Virus record (IMG/VR): IMGVR_UViG_3300021085_000021
DNA: 64,000 nt
DNA from: an uncultured virus (IMG/VR IMGVR_UViG_3300021085_000021)
Taxonomy: Duplodnaviria > Heunggongvirae > Uroviricota > Caudoviricetes
Reading direction: 5' to 3' (one strand)
Shown piece after piece: positions 49,834 to 57,436 of this stretch. The notes beneath the pieces were generated by a model. It worked only from the letters and a program-made list of their open reading frames with translations, did no database searches and was not told the DNA's origin. Made by a program: the position numbers and the translations under genes. Every line of letters begins with the position of its first letter. Position 1 is the first letter of the stretch.

Positions 49834-49841
49834 TATTTATA
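49834..49841 (-). promoter_or_regulatory. T4-type late promoter heading the curli/cyclase operon
   Basis: Exact TATAAATA 7 nt before ATG 49826. Confidence 0.8.
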
Positions 49842-49859
49842 AGATTTTTTATCCTAAAA

Positions 49860-49970
49860 TTAGGATTTTATAATGAATTCTGACCAGCGATAGAACGCTT
49901 TGCGGTCGGAGCACCAATACCATCCGATGTATTTTTGCTCCGACTGGGGAATGTTTGACTCGTTGTACAC
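49860..49970 (-). CDS. Small aromatic-rich protein (36 aa, GTG start)
   Basis: MYNESNIPQSEQKYIGWYWCSDRKAFYRWSEFIIKS; TAGTG overlap with the lysozyme stop. Confidence 0.45.
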   Translation of the reverse strand: MYNESNIPQSEQKYIGWYWCSDRKAFYRWSEFIIKS

Positions 49971-50434
49971 TAAACTGCTTCGAGTCTTGTCATTAATCGT
50001 TCTGCACGATTTGTTACTTGCTTGTACCATCTTGAATCTCTACCTTCGACGGCTGCTTCTTTCCAGTCTCCACAGGTTAAAGCTGCATTGTGTTTCTTAA
50101 ACTTACTTAATCTTGTAAGTCCCATATTAAACATCATGTTGGCAATGATTTGTTTTACCTCTTCAGGATAACCATCCCAACCATCATGTAATTTTTTACA
50201 ATCTTCAATTACTGTTTCTACGTCTTTTTCAAAGCACTCATCAACTCTATCCTCTGAGACTGAAGTGCCCACCGGCTCCCCATGTTCTGGGTCTCCGTCC
50301 AAGACGAGATGGCCGATACCGAATGTAGGATAACCAAGGTGGTCGTTATAAATTTCATATACGACTCCTTCATCTACTTTTAAAGTTTCTTTTAGTTGTT
50401 CAATGTTAATATCTTCATTTTTTCTAAAAAACAT
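49970..50434 (-). CDS. T4-type lysozyme (GH24 endolysin)
   Basis: E-x8-D-x5-T triad (EGVVYEIYNDHLGYPT), NMMFNMG, SRWYKQ..NRA. Confidence 0.92.
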   Translation of the reverse strand: MFFRKNEDINIEQLKETLKVDEGVVYEIYNDHLGYPTFGIGHLVLDGDPEHGEPVGTSVSEDRVDECFEKDVETVIEDCKKLHDGWDGYPEEVKQIIANMMFNMGLTRLSKFKKHNAALTCGDWKEAAVEGRDSRWYKQVTNRAERLMTRLEAV

Positions 50435-50468
50435 TTATATCTCCGTTTTGTTATATATTATATATAGG

Positions 50469-52088
50469 TTAAGTTATTGCAAAATTCCATTCAGGGTTAC
50501 TAAATGCTGAAGTTGATGTACCGAATATATCCGAATAATCACCTTGTGTTAATCCAGATTTTAATCCTAATCCAACTTGAGAAGCAGTAGCATTAATAGC
50601 TACGGATGTATAATTATCTCCTGACCCTGCAAAGTATGAGGGATTTGCAGCAAATTGCGTATTAGCTCTTGTAATTATAAGTGTTGGGCTACTATAACTA
50701 TCGCTACTTGTCCAAAAACGCATATCGGTCCACCCGGTATTAGACATTCCACTACCTGTAGAATCACCAGAACTTCTTAATGTTAAGTAAAAGTTATCAT
50801 AAACATATCCCAAACTATACTCGAATGAACTAGCATTATCAATTGCATTTACTGAAAGCTGTGTTATAGTAAATGTTCGTGATGTTAATCCTAAAAATCC
50901 ATTTGGTGAAGTAAATGTTGTTGTAGGTATCCGTGAATCTTCTCCAGTACCAGTATGTGTTTTAAGTGAATCCGTAGTTGTATTTGTATCTCCGTTTCTA
51001 TATCCACTTACATTTATGTGTGTACCTGTATATATTTGTGTGGTTGAAGTGTCCGAATTATAAGTTGTATTAAAAAATCCAGCATCTGCTTGTGTTGCGC
51101 CTATAAAATCACTTACACTAATTGGATTACCTGTTGATGGAATTGATGCAGTAACATTACTAGTTACTAAAGTACCGCCTTTATAATAATCTGACATTTT
51201 AACATCAGCACTATCATTACCACCAAATTCTTCAGCAATTCCATTATTGAAAGTACTAGTAGTAGTTAAACCTTTAATAGTAAAGTTTACAGTTCCTGAA
51301 GTTCCTAAACCATCTATTTGTGAATCAGTAAATCCATACCAACCATAAATTAAGCCGTATTGATTACCAGATGAGCCATAGGTGGTTGGAGATGCAGTTT
51401 GAACATTATAAAGAAATGGCTTTACTGTAATGCCGCCAATAGTAACTTCTGCTAATGCTGGGCCTCCGCCATAATTTGCATCAGTTCTTTTATATGCTAC
51501 AAATATATAATTACTATTATCATCGCCAGTTTGTTCTTGGCCTTGAAATGGATTTGGACTACCTACGTTTGGAAATGTTCCAGAAGTTTGAGTATTTTTC
51601 ATCCACATCAATTGTACTAATTCATAAGTTGAGCCATCATCTGCTGTCCAGGTTGTATTATTACATGAACCAAACGAGGCTGAGCTCATATACGAACCCA
51701 TGGTTACATTTGTGTATGTAATACTTCCGGTTTTCCATTGAGGAAAAAGGCCAGTAATACTTCCAGCTCCAGTATAACCATAAGTACTTCTACAATCTCC
51801 TGTATAACATAATGGTATACCAGCAGATGCACCAGTACTATTTAAAGTATATGATATATTACCTGTACCACTTGGACTTGAATATCCATATACGGAACCA
51901 CCTATACCTTCATAACCTGAAGTTGAACCACTTCCAAATGGACTAGCATGGTGTATTCCTGTTCTTAATTTATATGTTGCAGTGCCTATAGTAATAGTAC
52001 CAGTACAAAATGTACTTTGTGCAGTAATTGATGGATTAGTACCAGCGTCTTGTACTCCTATGGCATTACCTGATGGTGCAATTGTCAT
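50469..52088 (-). CDS. Putative fibre-tip/adhesin-like virion protein (539 aa)
   Basis: Gly/Ser/Thr/Tyr rich; EFGG...MSDYY.GG...IP.TG.PISVSDF motif. Confidence 0.6.
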   Translation of the reverse strand: MTIAPSGNAIGVQDAGTNPSITAQSTFCTGTITIGTATYKLRTGIHHASPFGSGSTSGYEGIGGSVYGYSSPSGTGNISYTLNSTGASAGIPLCYTGDCRSTYGYTGAGSITGLFPQWKTGSITYTNVTMGSYMSSASFGSCNNTTWTADDGSTYELVQLMWMKNTQTSGTFPNVGSPNPFQGQEQTGDDNSNYIFVAYKRTDANYGGGPALAEVTIGGITVKPFLYNVQTASPTTYGSSGNQYGLIYGWYGFTDSQIDGLGTSGTVNFTIKGLTTTSTFNNGIAEEFGGNDSADVKMSDYYKGGTLVTSNVTASIPSTGNPISVSDFIGATQADAGFFNTTYNSDTSTTQIYTGTHINVSGYRNGDTNTTTDSLKTHTGTGEDSRIPTTTFTSPNGFLGLTSRTFTITQLSVNAIDNASSFEYSLGYVYDNFYLTLRSSGDSTGSGMSNTGWTDMRFWTSSDSYSSPTLIITRANTQFAANPSYFAGSGDNYTSVAINATASQVGLGLKSGLTQGDYSDIFGTSTSAFSNPEWNFAIT

Positions 52089-52351
52089 TTTACAATTCCT
52101 GAGATTAAGTCTTCAAATTGCTCTACTTTTTCTACTCTATTAGGCCAATAAATATATTCCTTTTCTGGGTTTAATTTTAAATTGCTTAATAGTGGTAAAA
52201 TAGCATTATACAATTTGTTTAGTTTTTCTTCTGTTTCAGATGCAGTTAATGATGCAGTTGATGCTTCGGTCTTAACGGCCTGCACCGCCTCCAATTCATC
52301 TTCATCTACAGCAGTAAATCCAAAATCAAATTTATCTAAATCTATGCTCAT
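52085..52351 (-). CDS. Conserved hypothetical protein (88 aa)
   Basis: FDFGFTAVDEDEL, ILPLL.NL..NPEKEYIYWP. Confidence 0.8.
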   Translation of the reverse strand: MSIDLDKFDFGFTAVDEDELEAVQAVKTEASTASLTASETEEKLNKLYNAILPLLSNLKLNPEKEYIYWPNRVEKVEQFEDLISGIVK

Positions 52352-52353
52352 AT

Positions 52354-52503
52354 TTATTCCTCTATATTCTTATATTTATGTTTCCTAGGTATAGTTTTAC
52401 TTCTATCCCTTTGAACTTTATGGCCAAATGGTTTATCCAGGTCGAAAAGAATTTTGTGGTATCTCACCTTTGTCTTCTTCTTTGAGTTTATCCGCTTCTC
52501 CAT
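52354..52503 (-). CDS. Small basic protein (49 aa), weakly ArfA-like
   Basis: MEKRINSKKKTKVRYHKILFDLDKPFGHKVQRDRSKTIPRKHKYKNIEE; not in ORF track; fills the gap before 52351. Confidence 0.5.
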   Translation of the reverse strand: MEKRINSKKKTKVRYHKILFDLDKPFGHKVQRDRSKTIPRKHKYKNIEE

Positions 52504-52618
52504 ACCAGTTTGCTCTTTCGCCTTTGTCTTTATTAAAAATTCTATCCCAGTTATCGTTATATTTTTCTACATCAGTAGGTCTTTGTTTTGACCCTTTACC
52601 GCCGTGCCATTTACTCAT
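52433..52618 (-). CDS. Small protein with GGKG..R...KY.D.WD.IF motif (61 aa)
   Basis: Motif shared with the adjacent ORF; ATGA coupling. Confidence 0.7.
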   Translation of the reverse strand: MSKWHGGKGSKQRPTDVEKYNDNWDRIFNKDKGERANWYGEADKLKEEDKGEIPQNSFRPG

Positions 52619-52851
52619 TTATTTTTTCCAAATATTGCATCCCAACCATCACGATATTTCTGCATATCGCCTGGCCCAGCTCTTCTAAAGTCGCCTTTAC
52701 CGCCTTCAGCTTGTTGTCTTTTTATTCTCTTAGAATCTCTTCTAACATCGATTGGTGGCTCTTGTCCATATACACACGTTACTTTCTGCTTACTACCATG
52801 ATTAAGTGATTTATTACCAACCGTGGCATTTATTTTAAAATCTTCTGGCAT
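52615..52851 (-). CDS. Small protein with GGKG..R...KY.D.WD.IF motif (78 aa)
   Basis: AGGAG RBS; motif at C-terminus. Confidence 0.7.
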   Translation of the reverse strand: MPEDFKINATVGNKSLNHGSKQKVTCVYGQEPPIDVRRDSKRIKRQQAEGGKGDFRRAGPGDMQKYRDGWDAIFGKNK

Positions 52852-52860
52852 TACATTCTC

Positions 52861-53031
52861 CTACCAATTGTGTATTACTCCTGCTATAATAAAAAAGCAT
52901 GTTATGAAGTTAACTAATACAATAACGCTTCTGAATACTGCAACTGTGTTAGCTTCCTTATTATTGACTCCAGCTTTTTCTCCTAAGCTTTTTGCCCATA
53001 ATCTCCAAAATGATGCTATTTGTTTACCCAT
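52861..53031 (-). CDS. Small membrane protein (56 aa)
   Basis: MGKQIASFWRLWAKSLGEKAG...VNFITCFFIIAGVIHNW; not in ORF track. Confidence 0.7.
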   Translation of the reverse strand: MGKQIASFWRLWAKSLGEKAGVNNKEANTVAVFRSVIVLVNFITCFFIIAGVIHNW

Positions 53032-53219
53032 TCTATACTTACGCCTCGTCTGTTAAGTTCATTAATGCACTTTACTTTTAGCTTTGGCTTAGTATTACTT
53101 TTATTAATTGTTTCAAAAAGCTCTTCTTTAGGTGTATTCCTAATATAGAACCTTTGAATAGTTTTCTTTCCAGTACCTCGTTCTACTGATACGTGGTCTG
53201 GTTTAAATTTTACTGGCAT
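53016..53219 (-). CDS. Hypothetical protein (67 aa)
   Basis: AGGAG RBS; basic protein. Confidence 0.7.
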   Translation of the reverse strand: MPVKFKPDHVSVERGTGKKTIQRFYIRNTPKEELFETINKSNTKPKLKVKCINELNRRGVSIEWVNK

Positions 53220-53228
53220 AATATTCTC

Positions 53229-53837
53229 CTATTTTACTCGCTTTATACTACCTTTCAAATCGGCTAAGTATGCAAAAAATTCAACCTGGGGAAATTCTCT
53301 TTTTAAGTCTAATAATGCTTGTAAGTTTTCCTTGTGGTCGTCGAATAATCTAATTCTTGCATATTCGCCTGTTTCTAAATACTTTTTAAATATGATTGAT
53401 TTATTAGCTGCGCTATTTTTACCACCCATATTTCCAGCTCTTTCGACATACACATTTTTCATTGATATACCATGAGCTTCAAAAGTTTTTAGAAATAATT
53501 TTTTATCGTCCATGTCGCTTCTTGCTGTGACTATAATTACTTTTGAACCTTTTTTAGTTGCATTACTAATTATTGCTTTCGCTTTCTGAATCATTCGTGC
53601 AATAGGCGTTGCAGTCTGATAAAATATTTTTGACGATTTAAATTCGCCATAATCCCATTCTTCATCTCTTCCGAGCTTGTAAGAATTATATTCTTGTGGA
53701 GTTAGTTCTTTTATTTTTTTAGATTTTTTATTAATAACTCTAACACGAGCTTTTGATACGAACATTGTATCATCAATGTCAAAGATGGTCAGGCCTTTAC
53801 CAGCCCGTTCTGCCAAAAACTCGTTAAACTTTTTCAT
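53229..53837 (-). CDS. HAD-superfamily phosphatase-like protein
   Basis: IFDIDDT, VTAR, K, FDD motifs; late promoter 53843-53850. Confidence 0.8.
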   Translation of the reverse strand: MKKFNEFLAERAGKGLTIFDIDDTMFVSKARVRVINKKSKKIKELTPQEYNSYKLGRDEEWDYGEFKSSKIFYQTATPIARMIQKAKAIISNATKKGSKVIIVTARSDMDDKKLFLKTFEAHGISMKNVYVERAGNMGGKNSAANKSIIFKKYLETGEYARIRLFDDHKENLQALLDLKREFPQVEFFAYLADLKGSIKRVK

Positions 53838-53855
53838 GTTACTATTTATAAGTAA

Positions 53856-53996
53856 TTATAGTCTATTATCTAATTCGTCTGTAAGACTTTCAATCCTATC
53901 AATAGTATGTTTTTGTTCTTCCACTTGTTCGGTTAGCTTTTCAATTTTTTCAATCATCGCATCTAACTTAGCGATTGCAATTTCTATTCTTGCCAT
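53856..53996 (-). CDS. Small coiled-coil protein (46 aa)
   Basis: MARIEIAIAKLDAMIEKIEKLTEQVEEQK...; AGGAG RBS. Confidence 0.6.
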   Translation of the reverse strand: MARIEIAIAKLDAMIEKIEKLTEQVEEQKHTIDRIESLTDELDNRL

Positions 53997-54010
53997 AATG
54001 TTCTCCTATA

Positions 54011-54328
54011 TTAAGCTACTTCTGAAAATGTTATCCAAACTTGTTTCCAAGGTTCGTGACATCCGCTCACTCCGATTGCAGAGTTGTCGCATCCTCTGCC
54101 GTCTGACCAAATTTCCAAAGATATGTCGTCAAACATATTTTCAGTGAGTTTAACTTCTGGGTAACGCTCATCTGAAAAGACGTCGCCTCCAGCATACTCA
54201 AAATCTATTGTTGATGGTCTTACAAGCATGTGGTCTTTGCTAAGCTTTTTAATAAAAGCTTGAACTCTTTGACCTTGTTCGTTCTTATAAAGAACTGTGT
54301 CACCGGTTTCTATCATATCCGTTCTCAT
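54011..54328 (-). CDS. Early hypothetical protein (105 aa)
   Basis: GGAGG RBS, TAATG coupling. Confidence 0.7.
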   Translation of the reverse strand: MRTDMIETGDTVLYKNEQGQRVQAFIKKLSKDHMLVRPSTIDFEYAGGDVFSDERYPEVKLTENMFDDISLEIWSDGRGCDNSAIGVSGCHEPWKQVWITFSEVA

Positions 54329-54432
54329 TATAACGCACCTCCAATTAGTAATGCTACTAGTGTTGTGATTGTTACCTCAAGAAAGTCTTTGTCTAGAAGA
54401 CCGTTGGTTTTTAATGTTTGTAATAACTTCAT
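54328..54432 (-). CDS. Small early membrane peptide (34 aa)
   Basis: MKLLQTLKTNGLLDKDFLEVTITTLVALLIGGAL; AAGGAG RBS after an early promoter. Confidence 0.65.
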   Translation of the reverse strand: MKLLQTLKTNGLLDKDFLEVTITTLVALLIGGAL

Positions 54433-54461
54433 TTTCACTCCTTTTAAATTATTATATGTAT

Positions 54462-54497
54462 ATTATACCAACTTAAAGCTCATTTGTACAGTGTTTT
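54462..54497 (-). promoter_or_regulatory. Early-type promoter AAAACAC-TGTACA-17-TATAAT
   Basis: Conserved motif. Confidence 0.85.
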
Positions 54498-54519
54498 GTC
54501 TCCAAAACATGCATGTTTT

Positions 54520-54960
54520 TTAGCCTTTAGGTATTCGGTTTCTTAATTCAGATGATGAAAATGAATGGTCTCGACTGTTATAATGTATGCGAATATTGCG
54601 TTCATCGCATATATTTTTAGCCGTAAAGTCCTTATTTAGGTAATCACTTCCTATAATACGAACATCGATTGGTAATGATAAAAAGACATCCTTTAAATCA
54701 TCTTCTGTATTATAGACGATTATATCATCGACATATCTTACAGCAGCTAATTGTAATTGTCTTTCTACCAATGTTTGTATGGGTTTATTTTTTGAATCCC
54801 TATCCCATGAAGGGTCGTTTTGTAATGCAACTACGAGGTAATCACATTCATTTTTTGCTTCGGCCAACATTGTAATATGACCAGCATGGAGTAAATCGAA
54901 GGCACCACAGGTAATTCCTATAGTGCCTTTTGATTCATGTTTTTCTAACCACTTTAACAT
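54520..54960 (-). CDS. Cytidylyltransferase (TagD/RfaE-II-like)
   Basis: TCGAFDLLHAGH, YLVVAL, RYVD, R.HSFSSSELR. Confidence 0.9.
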   Translation of the reverse strand: MLKWLEKHESKGTIGITCGAFDLLHAGHITMLAEAKNECDYLVVALQNDPSWDRDSKNKPIQTLVERQLQLAAVRYVDDIIVYNTEDDLKDVFLSLPIDVRIIGSDYLNKDFTAKNICDERNIRIHYNSRDHSFSSSELRNRIPKG

Positions 54961-54962
54961 AA

Positions 54963-55160
54963 TTAACTAAAATGTTTAATTATAGATTCTATTTTATCTT
55001 CTGCCTCAGCAATCTTAGCAACTTCTTTTTCTATAGTTTCTACTATATCGCTATGTTCTCCGATACCAGCTGGGTTACGCTGATAAACAAGTACATTAGC
55101 TTTAGCTACTTCGATTTCACCTTGCAATTTAGCGATTAACGCTTTAAGTAAATGATTCAT
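54963..55160 (-). CDS. Conserved hypothetical protein (65 aa)
   Basis: AKANV.VY..NPAGIGEH motif. Confidence 0.75.
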   Translation of the reverse strand: MNHLLKALIAKLQGEIEVAKANVLVYQRNPAGIGEHSDIVETIEKEVAKIAEAEDKIESIIKHFS

Positions 55161-55163
55161 ATT

Positions 55164-55838
55164 TTACCTCCCAAAAAATTTCCTTCTTTTATATTCTGCA
55201 ATTGTATCTACTAAAGTTTTGGTCCAATTATCTCTGTCCTCGATAAAAACTTGTGGGCCGTCGTCTCCAGCAATACAAACAACTAATTGCTTAATTGGTC
55301 TGCCAGTTCTCTCTTCCCACATAATTGCATATGCTGAACATTGAATGAAGTAATTGGATATCCATTCTTTCTTTTTTAGTTTTCTAGATGTTTTCCAATC
55401 AATGATTGAATCTACACCTTTCCATTGTCCGACCAAATCTACTCTTCCTGCTAAACCTAAATGTTTAGAAAATAGTGGTGCTTCTTGACAATATACTTTA
55501 GTTACACATTCATCTAAGATGGGTTGTACATCTTTAAATGTTTGTATATTATGAGGCATTTCGTCCTTGATAAAATCAGGGTCGTTAGCTATATATTTTT
55601 CTATAATGTTATGAACCGTTGTACCGCGGGAGCTTGCAATCCTTGATACTCTATTGGCTTCTTCTTCGCCAACACGAGCTCTCCATTTTTGGATTGCTTC
55701 TTCAGATAGAATTTTTAATACAGTTGTGACCGATGGATATTCTTTTCCTTCTGGGTCTTTGTATATTCTACCTGTTCCAGTACTCTCTGCAATTAAGTCA
55801 TCATAACCTAATGCAATTGGTTCGTGTAAAAATTTCAT
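55164..55838 (-). CDS. PD-(D/E)xK exonuclease (RecB/Cas4-like fold)
   Basis: Start reassigned to MKFLHE; YPSVTTVL, RGT.VH, AGRVD, IIDWKTS, Y.IQ..AY. Confidence 0.88.
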   Translation of the reverse strand: MKFLHEPIALGYDDLIAESTGTGRIYKDPEGKEYPSVTTVLKILSEEAIQKWRARVGEEEANRVSRIASSRGTTVHNIIEKYIANDPDFIKDEMPHNIQTFKDVQPILDECVTKVYCQEAPLFSKHLGLAGRVDLVGQWKGVDSIIDWKTSRKLKKKEWISNYFIQCSAYAIMWEERTGRPIKQLVVCIAGDDGPQVFIEDRDNWTKTLVDTIAEYKRRKFFGR

Positions 55839-55915
55839 CTCAACATGGTTCTCCAAACATTTTGGATTCGACTACATTTCATAAATTTATGTAATCTTTT
55901 ATATAATTTTTTCAT
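55835..55915 (-). CDS. Micro-ORF (26 aa)
   Basis: MKKLYKRLHKFMKCSRIQNVWRTMLR; AGGAG RBS and ATGA overlap with the exonuclease. Confidence 0.5.
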   Translation of the reverse strand: MKKLYKRLHKFMKCSRIQNVWRTMLR

Positions 55916-55923
55916 TATTACTC

Positions 55924-56172
55924 CTACTTTGTTTTAATATTATCTCTAAGACTTGGGGGTAAATTACTTTTAATTTTGTCTTGCACTTCCTTCCATCCAT
56001 CACCAGCTCTACCTAAAACGGATTTTCCACCGTCATAATCTATTCCTGGTGCTTTAAGAATTACTTGCTTTAAGTGTGGGTTGTCTTTAAGAAATTGAAC
56101 CTTATCGGCAATTTTCATCATGTGCGTTTCAATTTTCTTGTCGTTCTGATTTTCAAAATCATATATTGGCAT
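55924..56172 (-). CDS. FmdB-like small protein (82 aa)
   Basis: Start reassigned to MPIYDFEN; NPHL.Q, DGWKEV..KIK. Confidence 0.7.
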   Translation of the reverse strand: MPIYDFENQNDKKIETHMMKIADKVQFLKDNPHLKQVILKAPGIDYDGGKSVLGRAGDGWKEVQDKIKSNLPPSLRDNIKTK

Positions 56173-56731
56173 TAAACCACTCCGGTATTTTGCGTTTGGT
56201 CCAGACCATACTGAACCTTGCTTGCTTTGTTTGGTAAAAATTACGGTAGGATTCGACTGCATCTGTACCCCCTAATCCATGTACCACACATTCTGGACTT
56301 GCTTTCATGGCTAGTTTGAACATTGTCATTCCGCCATTTCTGTTGATATTAGTTGGGATTTTACTTAGAATATCTCTCAACTTACTATCCGTTGAATGTG
56401 TTTTACCATACCTATATTTATACTCATCACAAAGTGCAATAAAATGCTCATAGTGCCATGAATAATTACAACAGCTTTCCCTCGTCCAAACAGTGCATGG
56501 ATGATTGAAATGAACTGATTTGTAAAGTATATCCTCTCGTTCATCTGGTAACTCATAGTATTTCACCATTGTTTTTCCAGACTTTGAAGGCTTTTTCATT
56601 TCGGTGCCGTCCAACATTCTGTGAGTAGTTGACAGCATTTGAGCAGATTCCACAATCATCTTAACGACATGTTTATCGCACTGTAATTGTGCTGCTTTTA
56701 CTGGGTCATTATCTAGTACAAATATATTCAT
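56159..56731 (-). CDS. Pyrimidine-dimer DNA glycosylase-like protein
   Basis: Start reassigned to MNIFVLD; CDKHVVKM.VE.AQMLST, H.NHPC..W, EY.YRYGK.H. Confidence 0.75.
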   Translation of the reverse strand: MNIFVLDNDPVKAAQLQCDKHVVKMIVESAQMLSTTHRMLDGTEMKKPSKSGKTMVKYYELPDEREDILYKSVHFNHPCTVWTRESCCNYSWHYEHFIALCDEYKYRYGKTHSTDSKLRDILSKIPTNINRNGGMTMFKLAMKASPECVVHGLGGTDAVESYRNFYQTKQARFSMVWTKRKIPEWFNANI

Positions 56732-56740
56732 AATATAGTT

Positions 56741-56774
56741 ATTATACCACAAGTTTAGTGGAATGTACAGTGTT
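56741..56774 (-). promoter_or_regulatory. Early-type promoter AACAC-TGTACA-17-TATAAT
   Basis: Conserved motif. Confidence 0.8.
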
Positions 56775-56797
56775 ATCTGCACATTCCTAAATCCCTC

Positions 56798-56965
56798 CTA
56801 AGAATTTATTACTTGTTTCATATCAGCAATATCTTGGTCCATCCTCGCGATTTTTTTCATGAGTCTGGCCGCAATTGCGTTTTTCCCTTTTTGTAGTAAT
56901 TTTCTACGATAGTATAAAGTCTCTTTCCTATCTTTTTTGAGACGTTCAACCGATTGACAATTCAT
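56798..56965 (-). CDS. Small basic protein (55 aa)
   Basis: Start reassigned to MNCQSVER behind AAGGAG. Confidence 0.65.
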   Translation of the reverse strand: MNCQSVERLKKDRKETLYYRRKLLQKGKNAIAARLMKKIARMDQDIADMKQVINS

Positions 56966-57007
56966 AATTATACTCCTTGTAATAGTTAAAATACTCATAA
57001 TATAGAC

Positions 57008-57436
57008 TTACTTTGCAATCAAACCAGGAAATGCTTCCTGACAAAGTTTTTTCGTTACTCCAGGGATATTTTTCATATCCTTATCTTTTGCTCTGACGAG
57101 TAACTTAGCTTCGGATGCATGAATGCTTTCCAAAAGCTGGACAAATAGGGTTTCTCTTTTCATAGGTTTTAGCTTATCTGCGATAGCTCCTTTGAAAAAA
57201 TATTTAAATTGTCTAAATTCTTTATAAAGACTGCTTGGTGCATGACCTTCAGGTGCATCATCTTCTTTATAAGGTGGTTTCCCTACAGGTAGGAGAGATA
57301 CTACATCATCGTCATATGCGATTCTGATTACATCCCTTAATGCAGGTGAATCGTGTTCTTTTAAGAACGCAATTCTGTCTTCTCTTTTGGCGACTTTATT
57401 CGCCTTTGTTAATACTTCAGATACTAATAGTTTCAT
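57008..57436 (-). CDS. Conserved T4-like hypothetical protein (142 aa)
   Basis: Start reassigned to MKLLVSEV; LP.GKPPY, KRE.LF.QLLE.IH..EA. Confidence 0.78.
   Translation of the reverse strand: MKLLVSEVLTKANKVAKREDRIAFLKEHDSPALRDVIRIAYDDDVVSLLPVGKPPYKEDDAPEGHAPSSLYKEFRQFKYFFKGAIADKLKPMKRETLFVQLLESIHASEAKLLVRAKDKDMKNIPGVTKKLCQEAFPGLIAK

Noticed and set aside
55164..55838. Cas4-like nuclease as sign of a CRISPR system
   Set aside because: No array or other cas genes; lacks the four-Cys Fe-S motif; common phage exonuclease
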